From assembly GCA_046754465.1 (NCBI GenBank), contig JBHHVU010000001.1, positions 64,001-128,000 of the forward strand: 64,000 nucleotides of DNA, read 5' to 3'. Origin of the DNA: Nitrospinaceae bacterium (GTDB lineage: Bacteria > Nitrospinota > Nitrospinia > Nitrospinales > VA-1). How positions within the stretch are numbered: position 1 is the stretch's first letter; each line of letters opens with the position of its first letter. Below are positions 10,491 through 21,982 of the stretch, one piece after another. Made by a program: the position numbers and the translations under genes. The notes below the pieces were generated by a model, which did not search any database, had not been told where the DNA came from, and was given only the letters and a program-made list of their open reading frames with translations.

Positions 10491-12641
10491 TCATGGAAAG
10501 TTTTGGACCATGATACGTACTTCCAGGCCATCCTGCAGCCAACCGAAATTGCCATGACCGGCTAGGGTGGTAATGATTCCATCCTTGTCGATTTTGCGGA
10601 CGCGATTATTGTCCCGGTCGGTGAAATACAGGTTGCCGTGTTTGTCAAAAACCATGCGGAAGGGACCTTTGTTGCGGGCCTCAATCGCCGGGCCGCCGTC
10701 GCCGCTGAATCCGTCCTCCCCCGTCCCGGCAACCGGAAAAATGTTGCCTTCGCGGTCAATTTTCCGGATCCGGTGGCTGGATTCCTCGGCCACGTATAAA
10801 TCTCCATTGGGACCGAGCGCCAATCCGCCGGGAGAGCGGATGCCTGCCAGCAGGGCGGATCCTCCATCCCCATAATCCTTGAAGTCCCCGCTCCCGCCCA
10901 AGGTGGAAATATGGCCATCGGGATCGATTTTTCGGATTTTGCTGCTTCCGGAATCTGAAAGATAAAAGTTCCCCTCCTTATCCAATACCAGGCCGTTGAT
11001 GTGCACTTCCTGCCCCTGGGCGAGCAAGTCCCTGGCCTTCACCGAGGTGATGATCCCCTTTCGATCAATTTTACGAATGTTGCCATTGGTCTTGTCGGCC
11101 ACATAAATATTGCCTTCCCGGCCGGCGGCGATATCGCTGATGGTATAAAAAGAGGCCTTTATGGCGGGGCCGCCGTCTCCGGAATTTCCAGGGACGCCGT
11201 TGCCCGCGAACCGGGTTATGATTCCATGGGAATCGATTTTGCGGACGATCCAGCTATTTCCGAGACGGCATACGACATAAATGTTGTCTTCCCTGTCGAT
11301 GGTCATCATGGAGGGCAGAAAGAGCGCCGCCAGGGAGGCGGGGCCGCCGTCTCCCTCGTTTCCCTTCCTGCCCGTCCCGGCCAGGGTGGAGACGATTCCT
11401 TCGGGATCCACTTTCCGGATCCGATGATGATCCTTATCCGCAAAAAGGATATTCCCCCTGCTGTCGATCACGATTCCCGAAGGCGCATTCAGGGTGGCCC
11501 CGCGGCCGGGGCCGCCATCCCCTTTGAACAGGGAGTGGCCGTTTCCCGCAACGGTTTTCACCGACTGGTTTTTCAGGTTGGCGCTCCGGACGCGAAAATG
11601 CGAGCGGTCCGCGACGATCAGGTTTTCTCCGCCGGCGTCGATCGTAAGGGCAAAGGGGAGATGCAGGCTAGTTTCCGCGGCGATTTCATTGTCACCGTTG
11701 TATTCTGCTTTGCCGGTTCCCATGAATGTAGTGATCACTCCCAGCGGATCCACTTTACGGATCCGGTTATTGTTCCGGTCCGCGATGTACAAGTTCCCGG
11801 AATCATCCTTGACGACATCGGTCGGAAACGCCAGGCTGGCCCGGGTGGCCGGGCCATAATCGCCGCCATAGGAATGCATGCCGTCGCCGGCGACGGTGGT
11901 GATGATCCCGCGTGCGTCGATCTTGCGGACGCGGTTGTTCCCGCGGTCGGCGATGTACAGATTCCCTTCCTGGTCCCCAAAGATTCCAAAGGGATATTTC
12001 AATAACGCGTCTTCCGCCAAGCCGAAATCCCCTCCAAACCCCGGCGGACCCAATCCGGCAATCGTGGTGATGATCCCCTGGGTATCGACTTTCCGGATGC
12101 GGTTGTTGGACCGGTCGGAAATATAAAGATTCCCCACGGGGTCCACGGCGACATCGGAGGGAAAGTTTAAACTGGCGTTGACGGCGGGTCCATCGTCCCC
12201 CGCCCAATCAGCAAGGCCGTTTCCCGCCACGGTGGTGATGATGCCGTTTTTATCGATCATGCGGACGCGGTGATTGTTACGGTCGGCGATAAAAAGGTTG
12301 CCCTGGGGATCGAAGGCCAATCCGGCGGGAAAGTTGAGCGAAGCTTTTAGCGCGGGCCCCCCGTCGCCCCCGAATCCCGCTATCCCGTTTCCAGCAATGG
12401 TCGTGATAGTTCCGTCGGGGATCACCTTCCGGATTCGGTTTTTCGACCGGTGCGATATATAGAGATTGCCCTGGGGCCCGGCGGTGATGCCGTCGACAAG
12501 CGTCAAAACCACCTTGGTGGCTGGGCTTCCGTCTCCCACGTCCTTGTAAGGATAATGTGGACCCGGCGCGGGGAATCCCGCGGCCAGGCAGAAAAAAGGC
12601 AAAACCCACACAAGGGAACGAAAGAAAAATTTTAACCTCAT
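10491..12641 (-). CDS. secreted NHL-repeat beta-propeller protein
   Basis: About 12 ~56-aa repeats (GNLYIADRxNNRIRK...GDGGPA); signal peptide from ATG 12641. Confidence 0.9.
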   Translation of the reverse strand: MRLKFFFRSLVWVLPFFCLAAGFPAPGPHYPYKDVGDGSPATKVVLTLVDGITAGPQGNLYISHRSKNRIRKVIPDGTITTIAGNGIAGFGGDGGPALKASLNFPAGLAFDPQGNLFIADRNNHRVRMIDKNGIITTVAGNGLADWAGDDGPAVNASLNFPSDVAVDPVGNLYISDRSNNRIRKVDTQGIITTIAGLGPPGFGGDFGLAEDALLKYPFGIFGDQEGNLYIADRGNNRVRKIDARGIITTVAGDGMHSYGGDYGPATRASLAFPTDVVKDDSGNLYIADRNNNRIRKVDPLGVITTFMGTGKAEYNGDNEIAAETSLHLPFALTIDAGGENLIVADRSHFRVRSANLKNQSVKTVAGNGHSLFKGDGGPGRGATLNAPSGIVIDSRGNILFADKDHHRIRKVDPEGIVSTLAGTGRKGNEGDGGPASLAALFLPSMMTIDREDNIYVVCRLGNSWIVRKIDSHGIITRFAGNGVPGNSGDGGPAIKASFYTISDIAAGREGNIYVADKTNGNIRKIDRKGIITSVKARDLLAQGQEVHINGLVLDKEGNFYLSDSGSSKIRKIDPDGHISTLGGSGDFKDYGDGGSALLAGIRSPGGLALGPNGDLYVAEESSHRIRKIDREGNIFPVAGTGEDGFSGDGGPAIEARNKGPFRMVFDKHGNLYFTDRDNNRVRKIDKDGIITTLAGHGNFGWLQDGLEVRIMVQNFP

Positions 12642-12825
12642 GACATCCCCAAAATATAACCTGCGGCCCACCAAAAGCGGTTACTGAAAATCATGGATGG
12701 AAAACCTTCGGCTGGCAATGAAAGTCCGGTGCGCCAGCCGTACCGTGGGCAGGGGGTGATGCATCCCTTCATATCAAATATGGCAAAAATCCACTGCAAT
12801 TCCGGAGGTTTTCCGGCCCCTCCGG

Positions 12826-13632
12826 TTAACGGGTGACAATCTGAATTTTCCCTTTCTTATTATACTTGAACGCCAGGATAAAGGTGGATTCGCTAAGATG
12901 ATTCTGGACCAGGTCCAGGACCTTGAGTTTGGGAAAGGACTCGGACTGGATAAGCGCAACTGCACCCTTATCGGAGATATTATTCTGGCCCACGTAAAGC
13001 GCCTGGAGATTGGAGAAATTTTTCGATTTCGCCAAGGCGATGGCCCCCTCATCCCTCACTTCGTTTCGGAAGAGGTTGAGAGTTTCCAGGTTGGGAAACG
13101 CCTTTGCCTCCGCCAGGGCGGCGGCCCCGGCAGGGGTGATCAGGTTATTGTTCAGCATCAGGGTCTTTAATCGCAGAAAGTTTTTTGACCGCCCCATGAT
13201 TTCAAGAGCGTCGTCCCCAATTTCGTTTTTCCACAATTTCAACGATTCAAGGCGGGTCAGGTGAGGAGATTCCGCCAACGCCTTGAGTCCCAGGTCGCCC
13301 GCAAGGTTTCCCCATAGATCGAGGTGTTTGAGCCGGGCCAGGTGAGGCGAATTCGCCAGCGCCCGCAACCCCCGGTACTTTATCTTGTTTCCCTGAAGCA
13401 ACAGCGTGGTCACCCCGGACAGGACTTCCATCCCCGCCAGCCTCTTCGCTCCATTGGGTCCAATCACCAACCCTCCCAAATCCAGGGTCTTCCCATCCTG
13501 ACTCAAGCGCTTGAGAACCAGGGTATCCAGTTTTTCCCCGGCCCAGGCCGAGGGGATCCCGAAACCGGCAACGATCCAGCCGGCGGCCCATAGAATGAGG
13601 ATTTTCCTCACCGGGACGCGCAATCCGCTCAT
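12826..13632 (-). CDS. secreted leucine-rich-repeat protein (28-aa repeats)
   Basis: LxxLxLxxNxIxxxGxxALA repeats; signal peptide ending AWA. Confidence 0.88.
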   Translation of the reverse strand: MSGLRVPVRKILILWAAGWIVAGFGIPSAWAGEKLDTLVLKRLSQDGKTLDLGGLVIGPNGAKRLAGMEVLSGVTTLLLQGNKIKYRGLRALANSPHLARLKHLDLWGNLAGDLGLKALAESPHLTRLESLKLWKNEIGDDALEIMGRSKNFLRLKTLMLNNNLITPAGAAALAEAKAFPNLETLNLFRNEVRDEGAIALAKSKNFSNLQALYVGQNNISDKGAVALIQSESFPKLKVLDLVQNHLSESTFILAFKYNKKGKIQIVTR

Positions 13633-13663
13633 AAACCCTCCTGTCTCAATGGCTATCAGAATT

Positions 13664-14347
13664 TCAGGTTATCAAATATTTAAATATTGTATATATAATT
13701 TTTGTTCCAGCCTTGAGGGTCCCGGAAAAGGTTCCGGTTATTTTCGACACCCCCACCCGATCCCGGTAATGCACGGGAATCTCGCCAATTCGCAACCCCT
13801 GCCGGACGGCCTTGATCTGCATTTCCACGGTCCAGCCAAAATTGGTGTCCTCCATTCCAATCGCGGTGAGGGCGTGGTACCGTATCGCGCGGAAGGGTCC
13901 CAGGTCGGTAAACCGGTACCCGAAAAACAGGCGGATCAAAAACACCGCCAGCCGGTTGCCAAACCGGGCCTGGGGAAGAAGCGCCGCCCGGCTTTCGGGC
14001 AAAATCATGCGGCTTCCCAAAACAAAATCTTTCTCGCCGGACACGATCGGCTGAATGATTTGGACGATTTCCTCCGGATAGTCGCTGAAGTCCCCGTCGA
14101 GGAAAACCACGATATCGGGATGGTCCAGATTGCGGATGCCCCGAAGACAGGCCGAACCGTACCCTTTCCGTTTTTCCTGGACCACCTTCGCCCCATTCTC
14201 CCCGGCAATGCGGGCGGTGGCGTCGGTGGAACCGTTATCCACCACTATGATTTCGTGAAGGAATTCCCTGGGCAAGTGTTGCAGGACAAGCCCAATGGAA
14301 GCCTGCTCGTTGAATACCGGTATGATCACCGAAACTCTGGGGTCCAT
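13664..14347 (-). CDS. glycosyltransferase family 2
   Basis: SVIIPVFNE, VDNGSTD, FLDGD. Confidence 0.92.
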   Translation of the reverse strand: MDPRVSVIIPVFNEQASIGLVLQHLPREFLHEIIVVDNGSTDATARIAGENGAKVVQEKRKGYGSACLRGIRNLDHPDIVVFLDGDFSDYPEEIVQIIQPIVSGEKDFVLGSRMILPESRAALLPQARFGNRLAVFLIRLFFGYRFTDLGPFRAIRYHALTAIGMEDTNFGWTVEMQIKAVRQGLRIGEIPVHYRDRVGVSKITGTFSGTLKAGTKIIYTIFKYLIT

Positions 14348-14362
14348 GAAACTTTTCCCAAG

Positions 14363-15166
14363 TCAGGAAAGTTGGGAAATCGCCTTTTTCACCTCGGCGA
14401 CAAAGCGGCCGACCTTTTCATCCCGCTGCAACGGATCCCCATTTTGTTCAATCAATCGGACGATGGCGCTTCCCACGACCACCCCATCGGCGCATTGAAC
14501 CGCTTCCCGGGCCTGGTCGGGACCGGAGATCCCGAATCCGACAAGCACCGGCAAGCGGACGGCGGATTTGATGGCTTTCACCTTTTCCGCAAGACTTTTC
14601 GCCAAGGATTCGCGCATACCCGTCGTTCCGGTGAGGGAAACATAATAGATGAATCCCCGGCTCAAGTTCCCGACCCGGGCGACCCGTTCCCCGGTACTGG
14701 TAGGAGCCAGAAGAAAGATCATGTCCAACCCTTTTTCCTCGGCCAAAGTGGAGAATTCATCGGCTTCCTCGGGCGGCAGGTCCGGAATAATGACACCGTC
14801 GGCGCCAGCCCGCAGGGCGTCGTCGATGAATTTTTCCTGTCCGTACACAAACACCGGATTGAAGCTCGTCATCAATACGATGGGGATCTGTGAGTTTTCG
14901 CGGATTTCCGCGACCATGCCCAGGATTTTCTTCAGAGTCGTTCCGCTTTTCAACGCTCTTTGGGAGGACCCCTGGATGACGGGTCCGTCGGCCAAGGGAT
15001 CGGAAAACGGGACGCCGAGTTCAATGATATCGGCGCCGTTTTTTTCGATCACCTCAAAGATTTTCCGGGTGGATTCCAGATCAGGGTCGCCGGCGGTGAT
15101 GAACGCGACCAGCGCCTTCTGGTTCCTGGTGGACAAGGTCTTGAAACAATCCTGGATTCGGCTCAC
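14363..15166 (-). CDS. trpA: tryptophan synthase alpha chain
   Basis: [31 protein letters not shown]. Confidence 0.98.
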   Translation of the reverse strand: MSRIQDCFKTLSTRNQKALVAFITAGDPDLESTRKIFEVIEKNGADIIELGVPFSDPLADGPVIQGSSQRALKSGTTLKKILGMVAEIRENSQIPIVLMTSFNPVFVYGQEKFIDDALRAGADGVIIPDLPPEEADEFSTLAEEKGLDMIFLLAPTSTGERVARVGNLSRGFIYYVSLTGTTGMRESLAKSLAEKVKAIKSAVRLPVLVGFGISGPDQAREAVQCADGVVVGSAIVRLIEQNGDPLQRDEKVGRFVAEVKKAISQLS

Positions 15167-16374
15167 AACTGGACTCCCATCATATCGGCCACCTGGTTGA
15201 CATCCTTATCCCCGCGGCCAGAGAGACAAACGACGACAATTTCATCCTTTTTCATTTTCGGCACCAACCGGGTGAGGTGGAAAATAGCGTGGGCCGACTC
15301 CAAAGCGGGGATGATTCCCTCCACCCTGGAGAGCATCTTGAATCCCTCCAGCGCTTCCTCATCGGTGACCGAAACGTACTCGGCCCGACCTGTTTCATGC
15401 AGATAGCTGTGTTCACAACCCACCCCGGGATAGTCGAGTCCGGCGGAGATGGAATGCGCCTCTTTCACCTGCCCATCACCGTCATGAAGCAGGTAACTCA
15501 TCATTCCGTGCAGGACCCCGGCTCGCCCGTGGCTCAGAGAGGCGCCGTGCTTGCCCGTTTCAATCCCCAGTCCCGCCGCCTCCACTCCGACCAGGCGGAC
15601 TTTCTCGTTCCGCACGAAGGGAAAGAACAATCCCATGGAATTACTGCCCCCACCCACGCACGCCACGCAGACGTCTGGCATGCGCCCTTCAAATTCCTTG
15701 AGCTGACCGGTAACTTCCTCGCCGATGATTTTTTGGAAATCGCGGACGATCATGGGATAGGGATGCGGCCCGACCACCGATCCGATAATGTAATGCGTCG
15801 TTTCCACGGTGGTGATCCAGTTCCGAATCGCCTCACTAGTCGCATCCTTCAAGGTCCGGGTACCCCCGGTCACGGGGATAACCCGTGCCCCCAGCAGGCG
15901 CATGCGGAAGACGTTGAGAGCCTGGCGGCGCATGTCCTCTTCCCCCATGAACACGTCGCATTCCAGGCCGAACAGGGAAGCGGCCGTGGCGGTCGCCACC
16001 CCATGCTGACCGGCACCGGTTTCGGCAATCACCCGTTTCTTGTTCATGCGGCACGCGAGCAGGGCGCTGCCGATGGTGTTATTGATCTTGTGCGCCCCGG
16101 TATGGTTCAAGTCCTCCCGCTTCAGGTAAATTCTGGCGCCGCCTAGATGACGGGTCAGATTTTCCGCGAAATAGAGCGGCGTGGGCCGGCCCACGTATTG
16201 CTTCAGGTAATAGTTCAACTTCTTTTCGAAGGCGGGGTCTTGCCGGGCTTCGGAATAAACTTGTTCCAGCTCTTCCAAAGCGGGCATCAACGTTTCGATG
16301 ACATATTTTCCGCCAAAAATGCCAAAATGGCCCCGGGTGTCGGGTAACGGGGTTTGTTTCATTGGTTGCTCCAT
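15163..16374 (-). CDS. trpB: tryptophan synthase beta chain
   Basis: [34 protein letters not shown]. Confidence 0.98.
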   Translation of the reverse strand: MEQPMKQTPLPDTRGHFGIFGGKYVIETLMPALEELEQVYSEARQDPAFEKKLNYYLKQYVGRPTPLYFAENLTRHLGGARIYLKREDLNHTGAHKINNTIGSALLACRMNKKRVIAETGAGQHGVATATAASLFGLECDVFMGEEDMRRQALNVFRMRLLGARVIPVTGGTRTLKDATSEAIRNWITTVETTHYIIGSVVGPHPYPMIVRDFQKIIGEEVTGQLKEFEGRMPDVCVACVGGGSNSMGLFFPFVRNEKVRLVGVEAAGLGIETGKHGASLSHGRAGVLHGMMSYLLHDGDGQVKEAHSISAGLDYPGVGCEHSYLHETGRAEYVSVTDEEALEGFKMLSRVEGIIPALESAHAIFHLTRLVPKMKKDEIVVVCLSGRGDKDVNQVADMMGVQL

Positions 16375-16507
16375 GATTTAATTTTCTGCTCCCAGGACCC
16401 TAAAAAATAGAATCCACCGTATCAATAACGGGTTGGGGAAGTTTCCTGAACCGTGCCGCCTAATAATGACGAAGTTCCGGCCGCCACAAAAAAATACTTT
16501 GTTTTTT

Positions 16508-17146
16508 TCAAGTGTCCTGAATGCCCTTGGCCGCCTGGATAAAAGCTCTCACTTTTTCAGGATCCTTGATCCCCGGCGATTTCTCCACTCCGGAACACAC
16601 ATCCACACCGTAGGGTTTGACCCTGGAGACCGCCAGAGACACATTATCCGAGTTCAGCCCCCCCGCGAGAATAACCGGACCATATTTTTTGCCCCGGTGA
16701 ACCAGATTCCAGTCAAAAGTCCGCCCCGTTCCCCCCTGGTTCCCTTCGGAATACGTATCCAACAAAAATCCGCTGACCTGATAGGCGGATAACAGGGCAA
16801 AACTTTTTTCGTCACGGACTCGCACGGCCTTGACCACTCTCCGGCGAATCTTTTTACAATATCCGGGACTCTCGTTACCGTGCAATTGGACAATATCCAG
16901 TTTACAGGATTCAGCGATCCGATTGACCCGGTCCGCTGATTCGTCCACGAACACTCCCACTGCCTCCACGAAAGGGGGAAGCAGGGACATCATCTCCTTG
17001 ACCGTCCGGATGGCGACAAATCGTGGGCTTTTTCGGTAAAAGATGAACCCGACCGCATCGGCCCCCTCCTCGACAGCCATCCGCAGGTCCTGGGCATTGG
17101 TCATCCCACAAATTTTAACTTTTACCACCCGCCGGAGGGGCCTCAT
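16508..17146 (-). CDS. trpF: phosphoribosylanthranilate isomerase
   Basis: VKICG, QLHGNE, GGTGRTFDW, LAGGL, GVDVCSGVE. Confidence 0.96.
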   Translation of the reverse strand: MRPLRRVVKVKICGMTNAQDLRMAVEEGADAVGFIFYRKSPRFVAIRTVKEMMSLLPPFVEAVGVFVDESADRVNRIAESCKLDIVQLHGNESPGYCKKIRRRVVKAVRVRDEKSFALLSAYQVSGFLLDTYSEGNQGGTGRTFDWNLVHRGKKYGPVILAGGLNSDNVSLAVSRVKPYGVDVCSGVEKSPGIKDPEKVRAFIQAAKGIQDT

Positions 17147-17357
17147 GATTTAAAAATGGGTGTAATTTTTAATAATTTTGGTTTAAAATCCACCCTGAAA
17201 TTACCGGGAGGATGTTGCTTCGGCTCTGAAAAAATAATTTTTCCCGGGAAAAGCAAATTTTCGATTCCCCCTTTCCTCCAGATGGGTGGCACCGTGAAAC
17301 CGAATCTAAACCTCAGCTTTAAAAAAGCATTTTACAACCTATAACCTCAGGTGAACA

Positions 17358-17780
17358 ATGAACTATTTTCGATGGATCCTCACCGCTCTCGCGGCCCTAG
17401 TCATCCTGTTCTCTACCGGTTGCGGAACCACCTCCAAGAAAGAAGGCATCGAAGTTCGAACCGATTTTCAGGGCCGGGGAGTCAAGGTCTTCCAGATTTC
17501 AACGTTTCCTTTGTACGAAGCCACCCTTGAAGCACTGAAAAACATGAACCTGAAGGTGGATGACACGGTCGAGCTGGAGGATGCTTACCAAGTCACCTCG
17601 AAAACCAAGGACCTGAATATTATTATCGACATCCAGGAGGTAGGACCCAAGATTTCCCGGATACGGGTCCGCGCGGAAGAAGGAGGTTTTTTCTCCTATT
17701 CCAATAACGAGGACATGGCCACCGAAATCATCAAGGAAACCGCCCTGGTTCTCGAATCCAAAGGCCAGTTCTTTTATTGA
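17358..17780 (+). CDS. small lipoprotein (DUF3568-like)
   Basis: Lipobox FSTGC; small alpha/beta domain; opposite strand to the surrounding trp genes. Confidence 0.65.
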   Translation: MNYFRWILTALAALVILFSTGCGTTSKKEGIEVRTDFQGRGVKVFQISTFPLYEATLEALKNMNLKVDDTVELEDAYQVTSKTKDLNIIIDIQEVGPKISRIRVRAEEGGFFSYSNNEDMATEIIKETALVLESKGQFFY

Positions 17781-17857
17781 CGGTGACCGCCGGGCAACCC
17801 GTTCCTTGTTGCCCGGCGGGCGGGACCTGAGCGGTCTTCCCTTGGCTGTAAAGACCA

Positions 17858-18703
17858 TCAATCCCGCCTGGAACTCACCTCTTTTCTTTTTCCCACCAAT
17901 TCGGTTAACTTTTCAGGGATATTTTCCGCGGTCACCAAACTCTCCCCGATGAGGAAAGCATGTGCCCCGAGTCCTTCGAACTCGCCAATCTCTCCGGGAC
18001 CGTGAATCCCGCTTTCACAAACCAGGACATTGCCCGGAACCATTTTCCCCATGGGGATCAATCTCCGGGATATATTCAGGTCGGTTCGGCCCGTGGTCAA
18101 ATCACGGTTATTGATCCCGATAATGGAAGCCTCCACGGAAAACGCCTTTTCCATATCAGCCTCGCAATGGGTTTCCACCAAAGCCCGCAACCCGAGTTCC
18201 CTCCCAAGGGCCATCAGGTCGGCCAGATGATTCTTATCCAGCCAGGTTGCGATCAATAGAAAAAAATCGGCCCCGAAAGCCCGGGATTCATAAACCTGAT
18301 ACTCGTCGAATATGAAATCCTTTCTCAGCAGAGGCAGATCGGCCTGCTCCCGGATTTGGCTTAATATATCCAGGTTGCCGCCAAAATACCGCGTTTCCGT
18401 CAACACGGAAATCGCGGCAGCGCCGTGTTTCTCATAGAGGCGCGCAATTTCCAGAGCGTCGAAACCGGACCGTAGCTCTCCCTTGAAGGGGGTTCTCTTT
18501 TTAATCTCGGCGATGATTCGTGAGGGGGGCGACTGTTCCAGGGCCTGCCGGACCTTTCTCACCTCCTGTTGTTCGCTGATTCTTCCCTTGATTTGGGCCA
18601 GAGGAGCTTTTCTCTTGGTGCCATCGAGTTCCTCCTTTTTGTCAGCGAAAATTTTATCGAGTATTGTGGCCATGGCCAATCTTTCCTCTTCCCCAAGGGA
18701 CAT
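17858..18703 (-). CDS. trpC: indole-3-glycerol phosphate synthase (alternative start 18673)
   Basis: IAEIK, ISVLTE, LRKDF, GINNRDL, ESGI, LIGESL. Confidence 0.96.
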   Translation of the reverse strand: MSLGEEERLAMATILDKIFADKKEELDGTKRKAPLAQIKGRISEQQEVRKVRQALEQSPPSRIIAEIKKRTPFKGELRSGFDALEIARLYEKHGAAAISVLTETRYFGGNLDILSQIREQADLPLLRKDFIFDEYQVYESRAFGADFFLLIATWLDKNHLADLMALGRELGLRALVETHCEADMEKAFSVEASIIGINNRDLTTGRTDLNISRRLIPMGKMVPGNVLVCESGIHGPGEIGEFEGLGAHAFLIGESLVTAENIPEKLTELVGKRKEVSSRRD

Positions 18704-19716
18704 TAGCCCTGGGAAGCTACGCCCAGATCCGTCAGCTTTTGTTTTGCCGCGCCGGATAACAGAGATTCCCGGGCTACCCGCAGGCCTTCTTGCAGGGAAT
18801 CCGTTTTCCCCGCCGCGGTAATCGCCGCGGCTGCGTTTAAAAGCACGATATCCGCCGGCGGACCGGACTTCCCTTCCAACAGATCCAGGATAATCGCGGC
18901 GTTCTGTTCGGCGGTTCCCCCCTTGACCGCTTCCCGGGAACAGGGGGACAATCCAAAATCCCCGGGCTGGATAGTAAATTCCCGGATTTTCCCCTGGGTC
19001 ACCTCACAAACCCGAGTGTCTGCCATTAATGAAATTTCGTCCAACCCGTCCTCCCCGTACACCACGAAGGCATGTTGGCAACCCAAATCTCGCAAAACCC
19101 GGGCCACCGGCACCACCCACTTCTCGGCGAACACGCCAACCACCTGGGACTGGGCCCGGGCAGGGTTGGTCAAGGGACCCAACAGGTTGAACAGGGTCCG
19201 AAAGCCCAGTTCCTTTCTCACCGCCGCCGCGTACTTCATCGCCCCATGCAATTTGGGAGCAAAAAGGAACCCGATGCCCACCCGGGCGAGGCATTTTTCA
19301 ACGACCGCCTTATCGGCTTCGATATTCACACCGAGACATTGTAAAACATCGGCGCTCCCCGAACGGCTGGAAACGGCCCGGTTGCCGTGCTTGGCGACGG
19401 TGATTCCGGCTCCGGCCACCACAAAAGCCGCCGCGGTGGAAATATTGAAGGTTTCGCCGCCATCCCCGCCGGTTCCACAAGTATCCACAACCATCTTCGC
19501 TTTCACGTGGACCGATTCGGCCTTTTCGCGCATGACCCTTGCCGCGCCCACCAGTTCCCCGACGCTTTCGCCCTTCATGTGCAGGGCGGTCAGCAAGGCC
19601 GCCATCGGGACTGGCGCCACGGCGCCCTCCATGATGGCGCTCATGACCGACACCATTTCCCCTTCCGAAAGATCTTCTCCCCCCAACACCTTTTGTAGGG
19701 CCGCCTGGATCTTCAT
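18703..19716 (-). CDS. trpD: anthranilate phosphoribosyltransferase
   Basis: [35 protein letters not shown]. Confidence 0.97.
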   Translation of the reverse strand: MKIQAALQKVLGGEDLSEGEMVSVMSAIMEGAVAPVPMAALLTALHMKGESVGELVGAARVMREKAESVHVKAKMVVDTCGTGGDGGETFNISTAAAFVVAGAGITVAKHGNRAVSSRSGSADVLQCLGVNIEADKAVVEKCLARVGIGFLFAPKLHGAMKYAAAVRKELGFRTLFNLLGPLTNPARAQSQVVGVFAEKWVVPVARVLRDLGCQHAFVVYGEDGLDEISLMADTRVCEVTQGKIREFTIQPGDFGLSPCSREAVKGGTAEQNAAIILDLLEGKSGPPADIVLLNAAAAITAAGKTDSLQEGLRVARESLLSGAAKQKLTDLGVASQG

Positions 19717-20297
19717 GCTGTCATTTTTTCCGTGGGCATTTCCAGGAAATTTTTCAACAGGTCCTTACCACAGACGGTCAGAATGGATTCGGGATGAAAC
19801 TGCACCCCCTCGAGAAGAAATTCCTTATGCCGGATGCCCATGATTTCCCGGTCATCGCTTTCGGCGGTAATTTCAAAACAGTTTGGGAGGGTCTCTCGTT
19901 TGAGGACCAAGGAATGATATCGCGTGGCCTCGAAGGGAGACGGAAGGTTTTGAAACAGGTTCTTTCCGTCGTGATGGATCATGGAAGTCTTTCCGTGCAT
20001 GAGGCGTCCGGCTTTCACCACTTCACCCCCAAACGCCACTCCCAGCGATTGATGGCCCAAACAAACCCCAAGGATAGGCAGCTTTCCTGCAAATCGGCGC
20101 ACCACATCCACCGAAATTCCCGCCTTGCCCGGGGTGCAGGGACCGGGAGAAATCACGATTTTTTCCGGACGCTGGTGTTCGATCTCGTCCACGGTGACCT
20201 GATCGTTCCGGTACACCTTCACCTCCGCGCCGAGCTCTCCTAGATACTGAACCAGATTGTAGGTAAAGGAATCGTAATTGTCGATCATTAGGATCAT
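19713..20297 (-). CDS. trpG: anthranilate synthase component II (glutamine amidotransferase)
   Basis: [29 protein letters not shown]. Confidence 0.95.
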   Translation of the reverse strand: MILMIDNYDSFTYNLVQYLGELGAEVKVYRNDQVTVDEIEHQRPEKIVISPGPCTPGKAGISVDVVRRFAGKLPILGVCLGHQSLGVAFGGEVVKAGRLMHGKTSMIHHDGKNLFQNLPSPFEATRYHSLVLKRETLPNCFEITAESDDREIMGIRHKEFLLEGVQFHPESILTVCGKDLLKNFLEMPTEKMTA

Positions 20298-21787
20298 CGG
20301 AACAAACCTCTTTCAGCGACATCCATGGCTTTCAGGAGCGCTTTCCCCTTATTCATCGTTTCTTCGAATTCCTTCTCCGGGACCGAGTCCGCCACGATGC
20401 CCGCGCCGACGCCCAGGTAAGCGGTATGATCCTTGATCACCAAGGTGCGAATGGCAATGGCGGTGTCCATGTTCCCGGTAAAGCTGATGTACCCAACGGC
20501 CCCGGCGTAAAGTCCCCGCCGGTTGGGTTCCAGTTCCTCGATGATTTCCATGGCGCGGATTTTGGGGGCGCCGGAAACCGTTCCGGCGGGAAAAGCGGCC
20601 TTGAGCACGTCGAAACAGTCCAGTCCCTTTTTCAAAAATCCCCGGACATTGGAAACGATGTGCATTACATGTGAGTACCTTTCGATGAGGAACCTCTGGT
20701 TCACTTCGACCGTGCCGGTTTGCGCCACGCGGCCCAGATCGTTGCGGCCCAGGTCCACGAGCATGATGTGCTCGGCCAACTCCTTTTCGTCCCGCAGCAG
20801 ATCCTCTTCCAGCCTCTGGTCCTCGTCTTCATCGCGGCCCCGTTTCCGGGTCCCTGCGATGGGACGAACCTCGACCTGATCCCCTTCGAGCCGCACCAGC
20901 ACTTCGGGGGACGAACCCACCACCTGCAGGTCCCCGAATTTAAGAAAATACATGTAGGGCGAGGGATTGATGGTTCTCAGGGCGCGGTAGATGTTGAAAG
21001 GGTCTTCCCGGATATGAAACTTCAGTCGTTGCGCGAGAACGACCTGGATCGCATCGCCCTCGCGGATATAATGTTTTATTTTCCGGACCGCTTCCTCGAA
21101 TTTTTCCTTCTCGAAATTGGATTCCACCCGGGAAACTTCCGGAGAAGACCCGTCCTCTTTTTTGTGGGCGAAATCGGGGATAGGGGTGCGTAATTTTTCC
21201 TCGAGCGACTCAATTTTTTTCAAGGTGCGCCGGTACACCTCTTCCGGGTCCTCGTCTTCGATATGGGCGTTCGACACGATTTTGATGGTTTGTGTCACGT
21301 TATCGAAAATCAAAAGGGTGTCGGTAATCACAAACAGGGAATCGGGAACTCCCAGATCGTCCTCCGTCCGGTCCGGCAGCCGCTCGAAATAGCGCACCAT
21401 ATCGTAACCGATAAATCCCACGGCGCCTCCCGCGAACCGCGGCAATCCCTCCACCGCCACCGGTTGGTATTGCTCCAGAATCTCCTTGATTCCGAGAATG
21501 GGATTACCGCCGACGATGGACCGTTTTTCCACCTTGCCATTATTTTTTATCGTCATCGTCCCGCCCTTCGTGCTGACAATGAGGGTCGGGTCGCACCCGA
21601 GGAAGCAGTACCGGGCCCATTTCTCTCCGCCTTCGATACTTTCCAGGAGAAAGGAATAAGACCCGCCGCTGATCTTGAGATAGGCCGAGACGGGGGTATC
21701 CAGGTCGGCAATGATTTCCTTATAGACAGGGATCAGGTTGCCTTCCCGGGCTTTTTGAATGAACTCTTCCAGAGAGGGTTTGTACAT
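20294..21787 (-). CDS. trpE: anthranilate synthase component I
   Basis: [42 protein letters not shown] 21787 preferred. Confidence 0.97.
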   Translation of the reverse strand: MYKPSLEEFIQKAREGNLIPVYKEIIADLDTPVSAYLKISGGSYSFLLESIEGGEKWARYCFLGCDPTLIVSTKGGTMTIKNNGKVEKRSIVGGNPILGIKEILEQYQPVAVEGLPRFAGGAVGFIGYDMVRYFERLPDRTEDDLGVPDSLFVITDTLLIFDNVTQTIKIVSNAHIEDEDPEEVYRRTLKKIESLEEKLRTPIPDFAHKKEDGSSPEVSRVESNFEKEKFEEAVRKIKHYIREGDAIQVVLAQRLKFHIREDPFNIYRALRTINPSPYMYFLKFGDLQVVGSSPEVLVRLEGDQVEVRPIAGTRKRGRDEDEDQRLEEDLLRDEKELAEHIMLVDLGRNDLGRVAQTGTVEVNQRFLIERYSHVMHIVSNVRGFLKKGLDCFDVLKAAFPAGTVSGAPKIRAMEIIEELEPNRRGLYAGAVGYISFTGNMDTAIAIRTLVIKDHTAYLGVGAGIVADSVPEKEFEETMNKGKALLKAMDVAERGLFR

Positions 21788-21982
21788 GGTCTTATTAAAG
21801 TTGGGAACCGGGTCAATCCCTTTCCGAAAACGAGATGGCGAAGGCAAAAGCAAGGCCCCGGCGGCCGGGCTGGAAAGTGAATTTCCCGCTGGGCTGCGAA
21901 CCAGAATATTTCAGCTTTTTCAAGGATTTAGACCTCAGACCTTAACATTTTGTCTGAGGGCGTGTCAAGGGATATGGGAGGT

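Noticed and set aside
13511..14893. 460-aa plus-strand ORF (likewise 5799-6884, 11001-12005, 29461-30672, 37320-38624, 50834-52102)
   Set aside because: Antisense shadows of well-supported genes in GC-rich DNA, with no recognisable motifs
21788..21982. Ribosome-mediated trp attenuator or T-box
   Set aside because: No Trp-rich leader ORF or T-box motif recognised
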